The notes beneath the pieces are model-generated. The model saw nothing but the letters and a program-made list of their open reading frames with translations. It had not been told where the DNA came from and searched no databases. From NCBI GenBank assembly GCA_965223905.1, contig CBDCXV010000011.1:1-64000 (forward strand): a stretch of 64,000 nt of DNA. The letters run 5' to 3'. A program made the translations under genes and the position numbers. Within the stretch, counting starts at the first letter, position 1; every line of letters starts with the position of its first letter. The DNA is from Candidatus Latescibacterota bacterium. GTDB taxonomy: Bacteria > Latescibacterota > UBA2968 > UBA8231. This document shows positions 39,903-48,300 of the stretch, in pieces.

Positions 39903-40567
39903 AGCGGGGGTTCAGTCAGAAAGATCAAGAAAACGGGAAGGAAACAGTCCCCTTGAATTGGGAAAGATCGGGTCGACTCCATCCTTCGAATCAGATCTTC
40001 CTGGTGCTTCCCGCATTTTTCAGGATGGCATTCGCCGTATGGCGACTTTTCAGATTATGTGGCACCAGCAGAATTTTGCCGGTACTCAAGCATTTCCACT
40101 TTTCGTGGGAACCTTTTGCGTTTTCCAATACTTAAAGCCGAGTTTGGAAATTTCTATTGTGACCGTGTTGTATAACGTACCTGGCAAATATGCCGTGACC
40201 TTGATCGAATGATATACGTCACGACTCGTCCAACGGTACCGGGACCGGAAACCCCCGCGCAACGCCATTGCCTGGGGCGGAAGCAGTCGTCCCGGCATCT
40301 CGCTGATCCGGTTGTTCCGAGGGTCCGCGACAAGCTTCCGAGCCTGTGGTCGACGCCCTGCAGGACTTGGTCCGGCCATGCTCACCGACCGTGCATGTCC
40401 AGCCATTACTGCCGGCGGATCGCCATGTCGATTTGCCAGCGCCACTTCTCCCCGGATTCCTGAGCCCGCTACATGGCCTGGACATAGCCGTTGTTTGCAA
40501 AGGGACTTATATCGATAACTACGCAAGCGCAATTTTAGAAAACTCATCCGCGAATTTAATAAAAATC

Positions 40568-40576
40568 TGGTATAAC
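40568..40576 (+). promoter_or_regulatory. Candidate extended -10 promoter (antisense to the micro-ORFs)
   Basis: TGGTATAAC matches TGnTATAAT at all but the last position, in an AT-rich context; no clear -35. Confidence 0.35.
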
Positions 40577-40606
40577 ATAGTGTAAAAAAACCCCGAGACC
40601 CTGCAA

Positions 40607-40656
40607 GCTAAAATAGATGCAGCAGACCAGATCCGATCCGTTGCATCTACTACAGC
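40607..40656 (-). other. 22-bp RNA stem-loop immediately after the 25-aa micro-ORF stop
   Basis: Minus-strand GCTGTAGTAGATGCAACGGATC pairs with GGTCTGCTGCATCTATTTTAGC using several G-U wobbles; a U7 tract follows at 40584-40590. Confidence 0.6.
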
Positions 40657-40733
40657 TAAGCGTAGTGATTGAGAATGACCTGGATAATTTCCAGGACTAT
40701 CTCAAGCGAAACAACGACCCACTTGGGCAGCAT
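40656..40733 (-). CDS. 25-aa amphipathic micro-protein MLPKWVVVSLEIVLEIIQVILNHYA
   Basis: Strong SD GAAAGGAGAAAGG directly upstream; below the ORF-track length cutoff. Confidence 0.55.
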   Translation of the reverse strand: MLPKWVVVSLEIVLEIIQVILNHYA

Positions 40734-40751
40734 ACCTTTCTCCTTTCCAAT

Positions 40752-40862
40752 TTAAGGGTTTCGGTTTCTTGCCCTTCTCAGTATAGCAAGAAGAGTCCTG
40801 ACAGTTACGAGTATAGCCAAGGTGACTATATTGGGACTTTTCATGGGATCTTTCATCATCAT
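40752..40862 (-). CDS. 36-aa micro-protein MMMKDPMKSPNIVTLAILVTVRTLLAILRRARNRNP
   Basis: SD GAAAGG 8 nt upstream; hydrophobic helix with cationic tail. Confidence 0.45.
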   Translation of the reverse strand: MMMKDPMKSPNIVTLAILVTVRTLLAILRRARNRNP

Positions 40863-40956
40863 CGTAAAATCCTTTCACATATGAATGGGAGTTGAAAAAT
40901 GATTAACCGACTTCGCGAGGGGAGGCGTGACGAGCCAGCCGGATATACGACAAACA

Positions 40957-40993
40957 CAAAAAATCCCCGTTCCAATTAGGAGCCGAGGATTTC
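40957..40993 (-). terminator. Rho-independent terminator candidate
   Basis: Minus strand AAATCCTCGGCTCC-TAATT-GGAACGGGGATTT followed by TTTGTGTTTG. Confidence 0.55.
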
Positions 40994-41275
40994 CAAAAAT
41001 GACTCTTCTGTAAGGTGACTTATTTTTATTAGACGTATCCCGCAAACTCTTCTTTATAGCCTCTGGACGCAGGATTCAGGAAGTTCCTGATCCCTTTCAG
41101 AGCGGCTTCAGGGGACGTCCCATTGCCATAGGTGTCCTCCTTGCGGTATCGCTAGACAGGAACCTAATGAGGAAACCATATTTATTCAAAATATTCCTGG
41201 GACAGGACGACAGGCTCCATCCAACCGCTGGCGAGTCAGAGGTATCTTGCATCAGCTTCGCTCTGCTGCCCCGCT

Positions 41276-44200
41276 TCAACGAAGCAGGGTGAGCTTGCGG
41301 GTCCACGCTCCTTCGGCCGTCACCAGCCGGTACACGTATACTCCGCTGGCCAGGGGGCGGCCCTGGTCACTCCGCCCGTCCCAAGTGAGGCGGTGGAGGC
41401 CGATCTTCTTTGCACCCTCGTGCAGCACCGCCACCCGCTGGCCGGTTAGGGCGAACACCTCCAGCTGCACCTCCCCGGGGTGCAGCTGGAACCAGGAGAT
41501 CACGGTGCGGCTGTTGAAGGGGTTGGGCGCGTTCTGCCGAAGCTGCGGTCCCTCGGGCAGGCCGATCCGCTCGCTGGCCATGGCCAGCAGCTTGGCGCGC
41601 GCCGCCTGCCCGAAGTGCTCGGCGAAGAGGAAGAAGTCGGGGAAGTCCACCGTGCCGCTGCCGTCCAGGTCGAAGCGGGGGTCGCTGCCGCCGAAAGCCT
41701 CGGCAAAGAGGAAGAAGTCGTCGAAACCCGTCACTCCGTCACCGTTGAAGTCGCTGATGGCCAGAGCCGTGACGGTGAAGATCTGCGGCTGCAGGCCAAT
41801 CACCCTCACCTCCACGGTGATGGTCCCACTCCCCGGCCCGATGGTCAGGGCGGTGGAGGCGCGGCCCCTGGCGTCGGTGGTGCCGGTAGAGACAGAAAGG
41901 GTCCCCTCCCCCTCGGTGACCGAAAAGGCCACCACGGCTCCGGGCAGGACCACCCCGTTCTGATCCAGAACTTGGACCACAAAGGGGTCCTGAACTTGAG
42001 TGCCCGACGGCGCCTCCTGGTTATCGCCCGAGAGCTTGGTCAGGACCTCAGCCATACGCGAGAACAAGACCGCAACACCCCTGGCTTCCAAGGCTGGTAG
42101 ATGGGTATTGACGGCTAGCGGATTCAGCGGATTGCCCTCGAGATTCAATTGCGTCAATTGCGTTGCAGACTCAAGACCGGTCAAATCCCGGATCTCCCGG
42201 TTGCTCACATTGAGTGTGGTCAAACGGGCTATGTCTGTTCTGGTGATAGGTCCGTATCCCGATTTGCCCAGTGTTTCTCGAATTGCCGCTTTGAGGTTGA
42301 AGTCGGCGATATGTACTACGGGTGTGACATAAGGCGACATATCCCACAAGACGATGGTGTAATCCCCCTTTCCATAATTGCCTAATGCCGTGGCGAAAGT
42401 TGTGCCATCAGGGGAAAATGACCCAGAAGAGGAAAACAGTTTCTCTCCGCTGGCCCCTTGAAATGCCGCGATTCTTTCGTATGTATTTGTATCCCAGTCT
42501 ATCCCCCAAAGTTTAATATCCCCCCCCTGTATCGCGGAGACAACTTTTTCGCCATCGGGGGTAAATGACACATAGCGCAGAATACTTTGTTTGCTTACTT
42601 CAAACGCATCCTTAAAGGTTTTTTTATCCACGTCCCAAAAAGCGAGTTTGTTATTAAAAGCACCCGAAATGAGGGTTTTTCCATCCGGTGAGAACGATAC
42701 AGAAGTAACCGTGTTCTCATAGGGAAGGTAGGCAATCTGGGTTTTTGTCGCCACATCCCATAGCCTGATTGTGCTATCAAAAGCACCTGAAGCAAGGGTT
42801 TTTCCATCCGGTGAAAACGACACGCTCTGGACACCATTACTATGGCCGCTAAGGGTGGCGATCTCGGTTTTTGTTGCCATGTCCCACAGCTTGATCGTGT
42901 GTGCTGGACTTGTCCAATCATCGGTCAACGCTGAGGCGAGGATCTTTCCATCGGGCGAAAAGGCCAAAGACATGATCCGCCCCTCATCACCGCCATGCTC
43001 GAAGGTGATGATCTCTGTTCTTGTTTCCACATCCCATAGCTTGATCGTGCCTTCCCATGTTCCCGTGGCGAGGATTGTGCCATCGGGAGAAAAGGCCACA
43101 GAGTAGACCCGGCGAAAATACCCCCGACCCTCATATCCTGAGAGTGTAGCGATATGTTCGCCTGTCTCTGCGTTCCACAGTTCAACGGTTTGATTCTCTG
43201 ACCCTGAGGCGAGGACTTTCCCATCGGGAGAAAAGGCCACCCCATAGGCACCATTTCTCTTTCCCCTGTCCAGGGAGATGACGAGTTTGTGGGTCGAATT
43301 GTGCAGCAGCGATAGGCCTATTTTGCCGATATTGCCGAGCATATCCACAACCTCGAACTCCATCCTGTGCGTAAGAAGGGTGGAGAGATTCGTATGGTCC
43401 CTGTCCGATGGAATAATGCCGTCATACTCGAAGTCAACAATCGCACTCGTCACACCCTCTAATAGACGACCTGTCTTCAATTCGGGAGAGCCTGCGGAAA
43501 AGTGGGTTTCTGGTGTTGTAACAAATAGAGATACTTGCTGAAGACCGTCAGGGTGGCTGAGTTCAAGTTGAATAGGGACGCTTGTCGCTCCTGTCCGATA
43601 TGAACGCGACGAAAGAACCTGACCCGTTGGCAACTCGCTCTCAGAAAGCGTCTCCGTTGGACTATCAGGATTGAAATGGGGGTGTACGGCCAGATGCCCG
43701 GCGCTGAGCTCGGATAGCCTGCTTCGCCCGGGGCCATAGGACATGATGTACTCCCCATCGTTGAAATTGTGCCACAATCCGAAAGCGTGTCCCAGTTCAT
43801 GGGCGGCCCTGGCCACGAAATTGGGGTCGATATATTGTCTCAACATCGCCCATCCACCGGTTCTGGTGGATTGCAGTCCCAGCCCCAAGACATTCCGCAA
43901 TTGAATGTCTTCCTCGTTGCCAAGGACGATGAAGTAAACGTTCGTGTCGAAATCGAATTCCTGTTGAATACGTTCAAGGGCACCCCAATGGTCGTAAGTG
44001 CCTCCGGCACCATATGCGATATGAACCATGGGTTCATTTTGTGCATCCCTCTCAAAACGGAAGGTTCTCTCTCCGAATCCGTGCGCCCTGATCTGGTCGG
44101 CAAAAATACGCTGCACCTCCCGAATCGTAGATTTCATCTTATCAACTACTTCTTGCCTGAACGCCTGCGGATCGGATACGAAGTAGATCATTCGCACGGT

Positions 44201-44310
44201 GCGCGGCTCTCCCGCATTCAACAGGGCCGGCTTGGCCGCGGGGCGTTGCAGATGGCGGTCAAGCCTCTCCGAATCGACAGGCAGGCAGAAACCCGTGTCC
44301 TCGGCCGAGG
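41276..44310 (-). pseudogene. Secreted zinc-metalloprotease-like/WD40/LRR/Ig/dockerin-like/FlgD-T9SS-CTD protein, 3' part, IS-interrupted
   Basis: AHELGHAFGLWH zincin motif; ~7 WD40 repeats (VAFSPDG...LWD); LRR cap (DFNLKAAIRETLG); Big-like Ig; DFNGDG/DLDGSG dockerin-like pair; QNAPNPFN...GVYVYRL tail. Confidence 0.85.
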
Positions 44311-45885
44311 GGGCGTCTTAAGTAATTGTTATAGCGCAATTCAGGTGCGTATGTGTATATTTTACAGTAAGTTGCTTTCTTTTTCCGCATCCCCTGCGGC
44401 GCGCTCCCCTGATTTCAGAAAGAAGGGGAGCGATGAGTGCGATTCTCTCTCTGGAAGTTTTTCAGGAGCGGCAGAGTCAGGACCGCTTTCGAAGCCGGGC
44501 GCATGAAGCCTTGGACCAATGGCTGGATCGGGTGGAGACGCAAATGAGCGAGCGCGGATCTTGTGCGCCGACGTTGATGGAGATCACCGCGGCGATGTCT
44601 CAAGAGCGCTCCGGGCTCACCGCGGCCTTGGTGGAAGCCTTCGTCGAACGCCGCCACGGCCATTTCCTGGCCCAGGAAGAGGCGGCCTGCCCCAAGTGCA
44701 AAGGCCTGCTGCGAGCGCGCCCGTCTCGCTCGCGCACGGTGGAGACGCTGCTCGGGCCGGTGACCTTGGAGCGTCCCTATTTCTACTGCGTTGGCTGTCA
44801 CCACGGGTTCTATCCGCTGGACGAGGCCCTGGGCCTGTCGGCGCAGCGCAAGCAGTGGGACGTGCAGCAGGCCGGGGTCAAGCTGGGGCTGGAGATGCCC
44901 CACCGGCGCGCCGCCGAACTGTTGGACGAGCTCACCGACGCGTCGATGAGCGATTGTGTGATTCACGAGGTGCTGCAACAGACCGGGTCGTTGGACGTGC
45001 TGCAGGTGTGTCCGGACGCGGCCGATATCCAGGATCGCATTGCGCAAGCCGCCGCCGGTCGCAAGTGGCGGCCGATCGTGGTGTTGGCCATCGACGCGGC
45101 CGACGTGCCCAGTCGTCCCCAGACCGCCAAAGGCACCCGTCCCGGACGCAAGAAGAGCCGGGCTCGGCGAAGGCGTTGGCAGGGGGAATACCACGAAGCC
45201 AAGGGCTTTCGCTTCTACCTGATAGACGATGAGCGCATCGAGCAGCTGATCTCCTGGCACCAGATGGGCAACGAACAGGCCTTCGGCGCGGCCTTGCGCC
45301 AGGTCAAGGAGGCGGGGCTGATCCCGGAGGATCAGGTGCGCTTGTGTGCCATCGGAGATGGCGCTCCGTGGATCTGGAAGTGGGTGGAAGAGCTGTTCCC
45401 GAGCGCCCGTCAGATCCTCGACTACTACCATTGCAGCAGCTACCTGCACGCGGTGGCCGAGGCCCAATACGGCGCCGATGCGGCGCGTGCTGCCCATTGG
45501 CTGGAAGCGACCCTGGCGCGCCTGTTCTGCGGCGAGGGCAGCGGCGTGGTCTGGGGTCTGCAGCGCATGCAGCCGCTCTCGGAAGAGGCCGGAGAGGCCA
45601 TCGGCACGGCCTTGACCTACCTGCAAAAGCGACTGCACCAGGTCGATTTCGGCAGCCATCGCAAGGGCGGATACCCGATCGGGTCGGGGGCGATCGAATC
45701 GGCGCATCGCTTCATCGGCCACGTTCGTCTGAAACGGTCGGGCGCTTGGTGGTATAAGGAAAACAGCAACGCCATTCTGGCCCTGCGCTGCGCCTTGTAC
45801 AATGGAACGCTTGACCGGGTCTTTCAGCAGTACCGAGAAAACCTAAAAACAACCACCGAAACCGTAACAATCAGCTAAGACACCC
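44311..45885 (+). mobile_element. Complete ISKra4-type (UPF0236 DDE) insertion sequence, 1575 bp
   Basis: TIRs GGGCGTCTTAAGTAATTGTTA / reverse complement GGGTGTCTTAGCTGATTGTTA; 8-bp TSD GGCCGAGG at 44303-44310 and 45886-45893. Confidence 0.92.
44433..45878 (+). CDS. ISKra4/ISLre2-like transposase
   Basis: CPKC...CVGC zinc ribbon, IGDGAPWIW, ILDYYH, PIGSGAIESAHR, LKRSGAWW. Confidence 0.92.
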   Translation: MSAILSLEVFQERQSQDRFRSRAHEALDQWLDRVETQMSERGSCAPTLMEITAAMSQERSGLTAALVEAFVERRHGHFLAQEEAACPKCKGLLRARPSRSRTVETLLGPVTLERPYFYCVGCHHGFYPLDEALGLSAQRKQWDVQQAGVKLGLEMPHRRAAELLDELTDASMSDCVIHEVLQQTGSLDVLQVCPDAADIQDRIAQAAAGRKWRPIVVLAIDAADVPSRPQTAKGTRPGRKKSRARRRRWQGEYHEAKGFRFYLIDDERIEQLISWHQMGNEQAFGAALRQVKEAGLIPEDQVRLCAIGDGAPWIWKWVEELFPSARQILDYYHCSSYLHAVAEAQYGADAARAAHWLEATLARLFCGEGSGVVWGLQRMQPLSEEAGEAIGTALTYLQKRLHQVDFGSHRKGGYPIGSGAIESAHRFIGHVRLKRSGAWWYKENSNAILALRCALYNGTLDRVFQQYRENLKTTTETVTIS

Positions 45886-45960
45886 GGCCGAGGAGGACGC
45901 GGGATGGCCCATGGACGAGAGAACAACGGATAGAAATAGAATGGGAGTGAAGTTCCTCAT
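45886..45960 (-). pseudogene. Signal-peptide segment of the IS-interrupted WD40 protein
   Basis: SD AAGGAG; MRNFTPILFLSVVLSSMGHPASSSA continues in frame into EDTGFCLPVD once the IS and one TSD are removed. Confidence 0.85.
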
Positions 45961-46355
45961 CCTCAGTCTCCTTCGTCTATGAGAGACCCGACACTTCGAG
46001 GGTCTCCACGCAGTAGAGTGACAGGGGAGAAAATAGGCTATATCCGGGTTTTCCAAAGGACAATTTATAGCATGTACAGAGAGAGATATCGAGTGATTCA
46101 CACTGTACGGAATCGAAATACCGCGGAGGACGTTCGCCGAAGACCTTCGGGTCCGGCTGCCTCTCTGTCTTGTCCGCCCGCCCGGAGCTCGGGCCCATAC
46201 CGGCTCTGGACAGGGCGTTTCGAACAACAGGCGCTTCGAGTTGCTTTGGGAAACGGACCATCCCGTCGAAGAAGCGCGCGCACGCCGGCTTCTCGGCGAA
46301 ATAACGGATCGGGACAACCCCTTCGAACCTTTCGATCGGGCCGCCAGGGGCTTGC

Positions 46356-47954
46356 TTGAAGCCTTCGCGGGATGGGCGGGTCCAAGCACTGACGGCGGTT
46401 TCAGGGCTGACCACGGTGGTCAGTCTGTCCTCGCTGCCGGAGCGTCCGGAATACCCGGTCGACCTCTCTTCCGGGACCGGCGAAGCCGGCAGAACGACCA
46501 GCCAGAACCCTCTGCTCGGCTTCACATTGGCACAGCGGCTGTGGAAGGTGCTGGCTGCTCCTTTGGAGTATGGCCGGGACATTCGGCTGAGCTGGCCCGG
46601 AGAATTGATGCCTTTCCAGCGAGAGGGGGTTCGGGCGCTGCTGGCCAACAACCGGTTGCTGCTGGCCGACGACATGGGTCTGGGAAAAACCCTGCAAGTC
46701 ATCGCCGCATTGCGGATTCTCCGGGCGCGCCGGGAGGTCAGGTCGTGCCTGGTGGCGGCCCCGGCCAGTCTATTGAACCAGTGGCGGCGAGAGATCGAAA
46801 AGTGGGCTCCGGAGCTTTCCGCCATCATCATCCGCGGTCCGACATCCGACCGTTCATGGCAGTGGGAGGCGGACAGAGACGTGACCCTGGTCAGTTACGA
46901 CACCCTGCGCTCTGATTTCGGAGACAACCCGCGATCCCCAGTGCGTCGAAAAACCTGGGACGTCGTAGTGGCGGACGAAGCCCAGCGTATCAAGAACCGC
47001 AACGATACAAGCGACGCGTTGAAGGGGTTGCGAAGAATTCGCTCCTGGGCCCTGACCGGCACCCCCATCGAAAACCACGAAGAAGAACTGGCCTCGATAC
47101 TGGAGTTCGTCGATTACGACGGTTGCGAAGCTCCGAAGCGCTACCGGCCGGGTGAGAAGCTACTGGCTCGGCACCGCGAGCTGCAGCTCAGACGCAAGAA
47201 GGGCGAAGTCCTGGACGACCTCCCGCCCAAGCAGGTAAGCAGGGTGGCCATCGACCTGAGCTCGGGGCAGCGCACCAGCTACGACAAGGCCGAGCAGGAT
47301 GGAATCGTCTACCTGAAGTCTCTTGGCGCCGAAGTCAGTGTCAGGCACGTACTCGAGCTGATCACTCGCTTGAAGCAGATCTGCAACGTCGATCCCAGAT
47401 CCGGCGAATCCAGCAAACTGGCCGACATCAAGGACCGGCTGGAGCAGCTGGCGGCCCAGGGACACAAGGCGCTGGTCTTCTCCCAGTACACCAGCGAAAC
47501 GTCCGGTGTGGCCGCCGCGGCCGGATACCTGGGGGATTTCACTCCGCTCACCATCACCGGCGACGTATCCCAGCAGGAGCGGGCCGACGTCATCGAACGA
47601 TTCAAGACCCGCGACGAACACAAGGTGCTGATCCTGTCGCTGCGCGCCGGCGGCCTGGGCTTGAATCTGCAAGAGGCTTCCTACGTGTTCCACCTGGACC
47701 GCTGGTGGAACCCCGCCGTAGAGCGCCAGGCTGAAGACCGTAGCCACCGCATCGGCCAGACGGTCAAAGTCAACGTCATCAAGTATTCCTGCGCCGGAAC
47801 CATCGAGGAACGGATCGACGGGATTCTGGAGAGCAAACAGGAACTGTTCGACCAGCTCATCGACGATGTGTCGTTGGACCTGACTGCCCGGATGAACAGG
47901 GAAGAACTGTTCGGCCTGTTCGGCATGGAGCCGGCACCCGAACGAAAGCCCTAG
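46356..47954 (+). CDS. SNF2-family (DEAD/DEAH-like) helicase; N-terminus probably continues upstream across a frameshift at ~46370
   Basis: LADDMGLGKT, DEAQRIKN, LTGTPIEN, LVFSQY, GGLGLNL, WWNPAVERQAEDRSHRIGQ. Confidence 0.9.
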   Translation: MKPSRDGRVQALTAVSGLTTVVSLSSLPERPEYPVDLSSGTGEAGRTTSQNPLLGFTLAQRLWKVLAAPLEYGRDIRLSWPGELMPFQREGVRALLANNRLLLADDMGLGKTLQVIAALRILRARREVRSCLVAAPASLLNQWRREIEKWAPELSAIIIRGPTSDRSWQWEADRDVTLVSYDTLRSDFGDNPRSPVRRKTWDVVVADEAQRIKNRNDTSDALKGLRRIRSWALTGTPIENHEEELASILEFVDYDGCEAPKRYRPGEKLLARHRELQLRRKKGEVLDDLPPKQVSRVAIDLSSGQRTSYDKAEQDGIVYLKSLGAEVSVRHVLELITRLKQICNVDPRSGESSKLADIKDRLEQLAAQGHKALVFSQYTSETSGVAAAAGYLGDFTPLTITGDVSQQERADVIERFKTRDEHKVLILSLRAGGLGLNLQEASYVFHLDRWWNPAVERQAEDRSHRIGQTVKVNVIKYSCAGTIEERIDGILESKQELFDQLIDDVSLDLTARMNREELFGLFGMEPAPERKP

Positions 47955-47981
47955 TGGATGCGGCGCCCCCGGAGGGATGAT

Positions 47982-48170
47982 ATGCTTGAACGACTGTTCG
48001 TCGACAATTACAAGTGCCTGGTCAACTTCGAGTTGCGTCTCGAAGAGATGTCGCTTCTCCTCGGCCCCGACGGACCGGAAAGTCCGCGGTTTTCAATCCC
48101 AAGCTCTCCCGCTTTCGTCGACTTTCTCGCCAACTTGACGGTTTGCGCAGGACAACCCCGAGTTGATATC
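47982..48170 (+). pseudogene. AAA_15/AAA_21-type ATPase remnant
   Basis: MLERLFVDNYKCLVNFEL...LLLGPDG then a 1-nt deletion before TGKSAVF (Walker A); sequence degenerates afterwards. Confidence 0.65.
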
Positions 48171-48300
48171 GCCGTTCACCGAGCGGTTGAAGGAAACTAT
48201 CCATGGTGGGCTCGGTTCAATACGCCTGGAGAAGGTCGGCAGGGAAACCCGGGATTTGCAGTGGAATGGAAGGGATCGCGCCGCGGCGAGGACCAGCCCA

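Noticed and set aside
40200-40500. Possible transposase or gene debris on the minus strand
   Set aside because: Multiple stops and no motif I can assign with confidence.
40617-40895. 92-aa plus-strand ORF
   Set aside because: No convincing SD or motif; the antisense micro-ORFs have stronger SD signals and coherent hydrophobic patterns.
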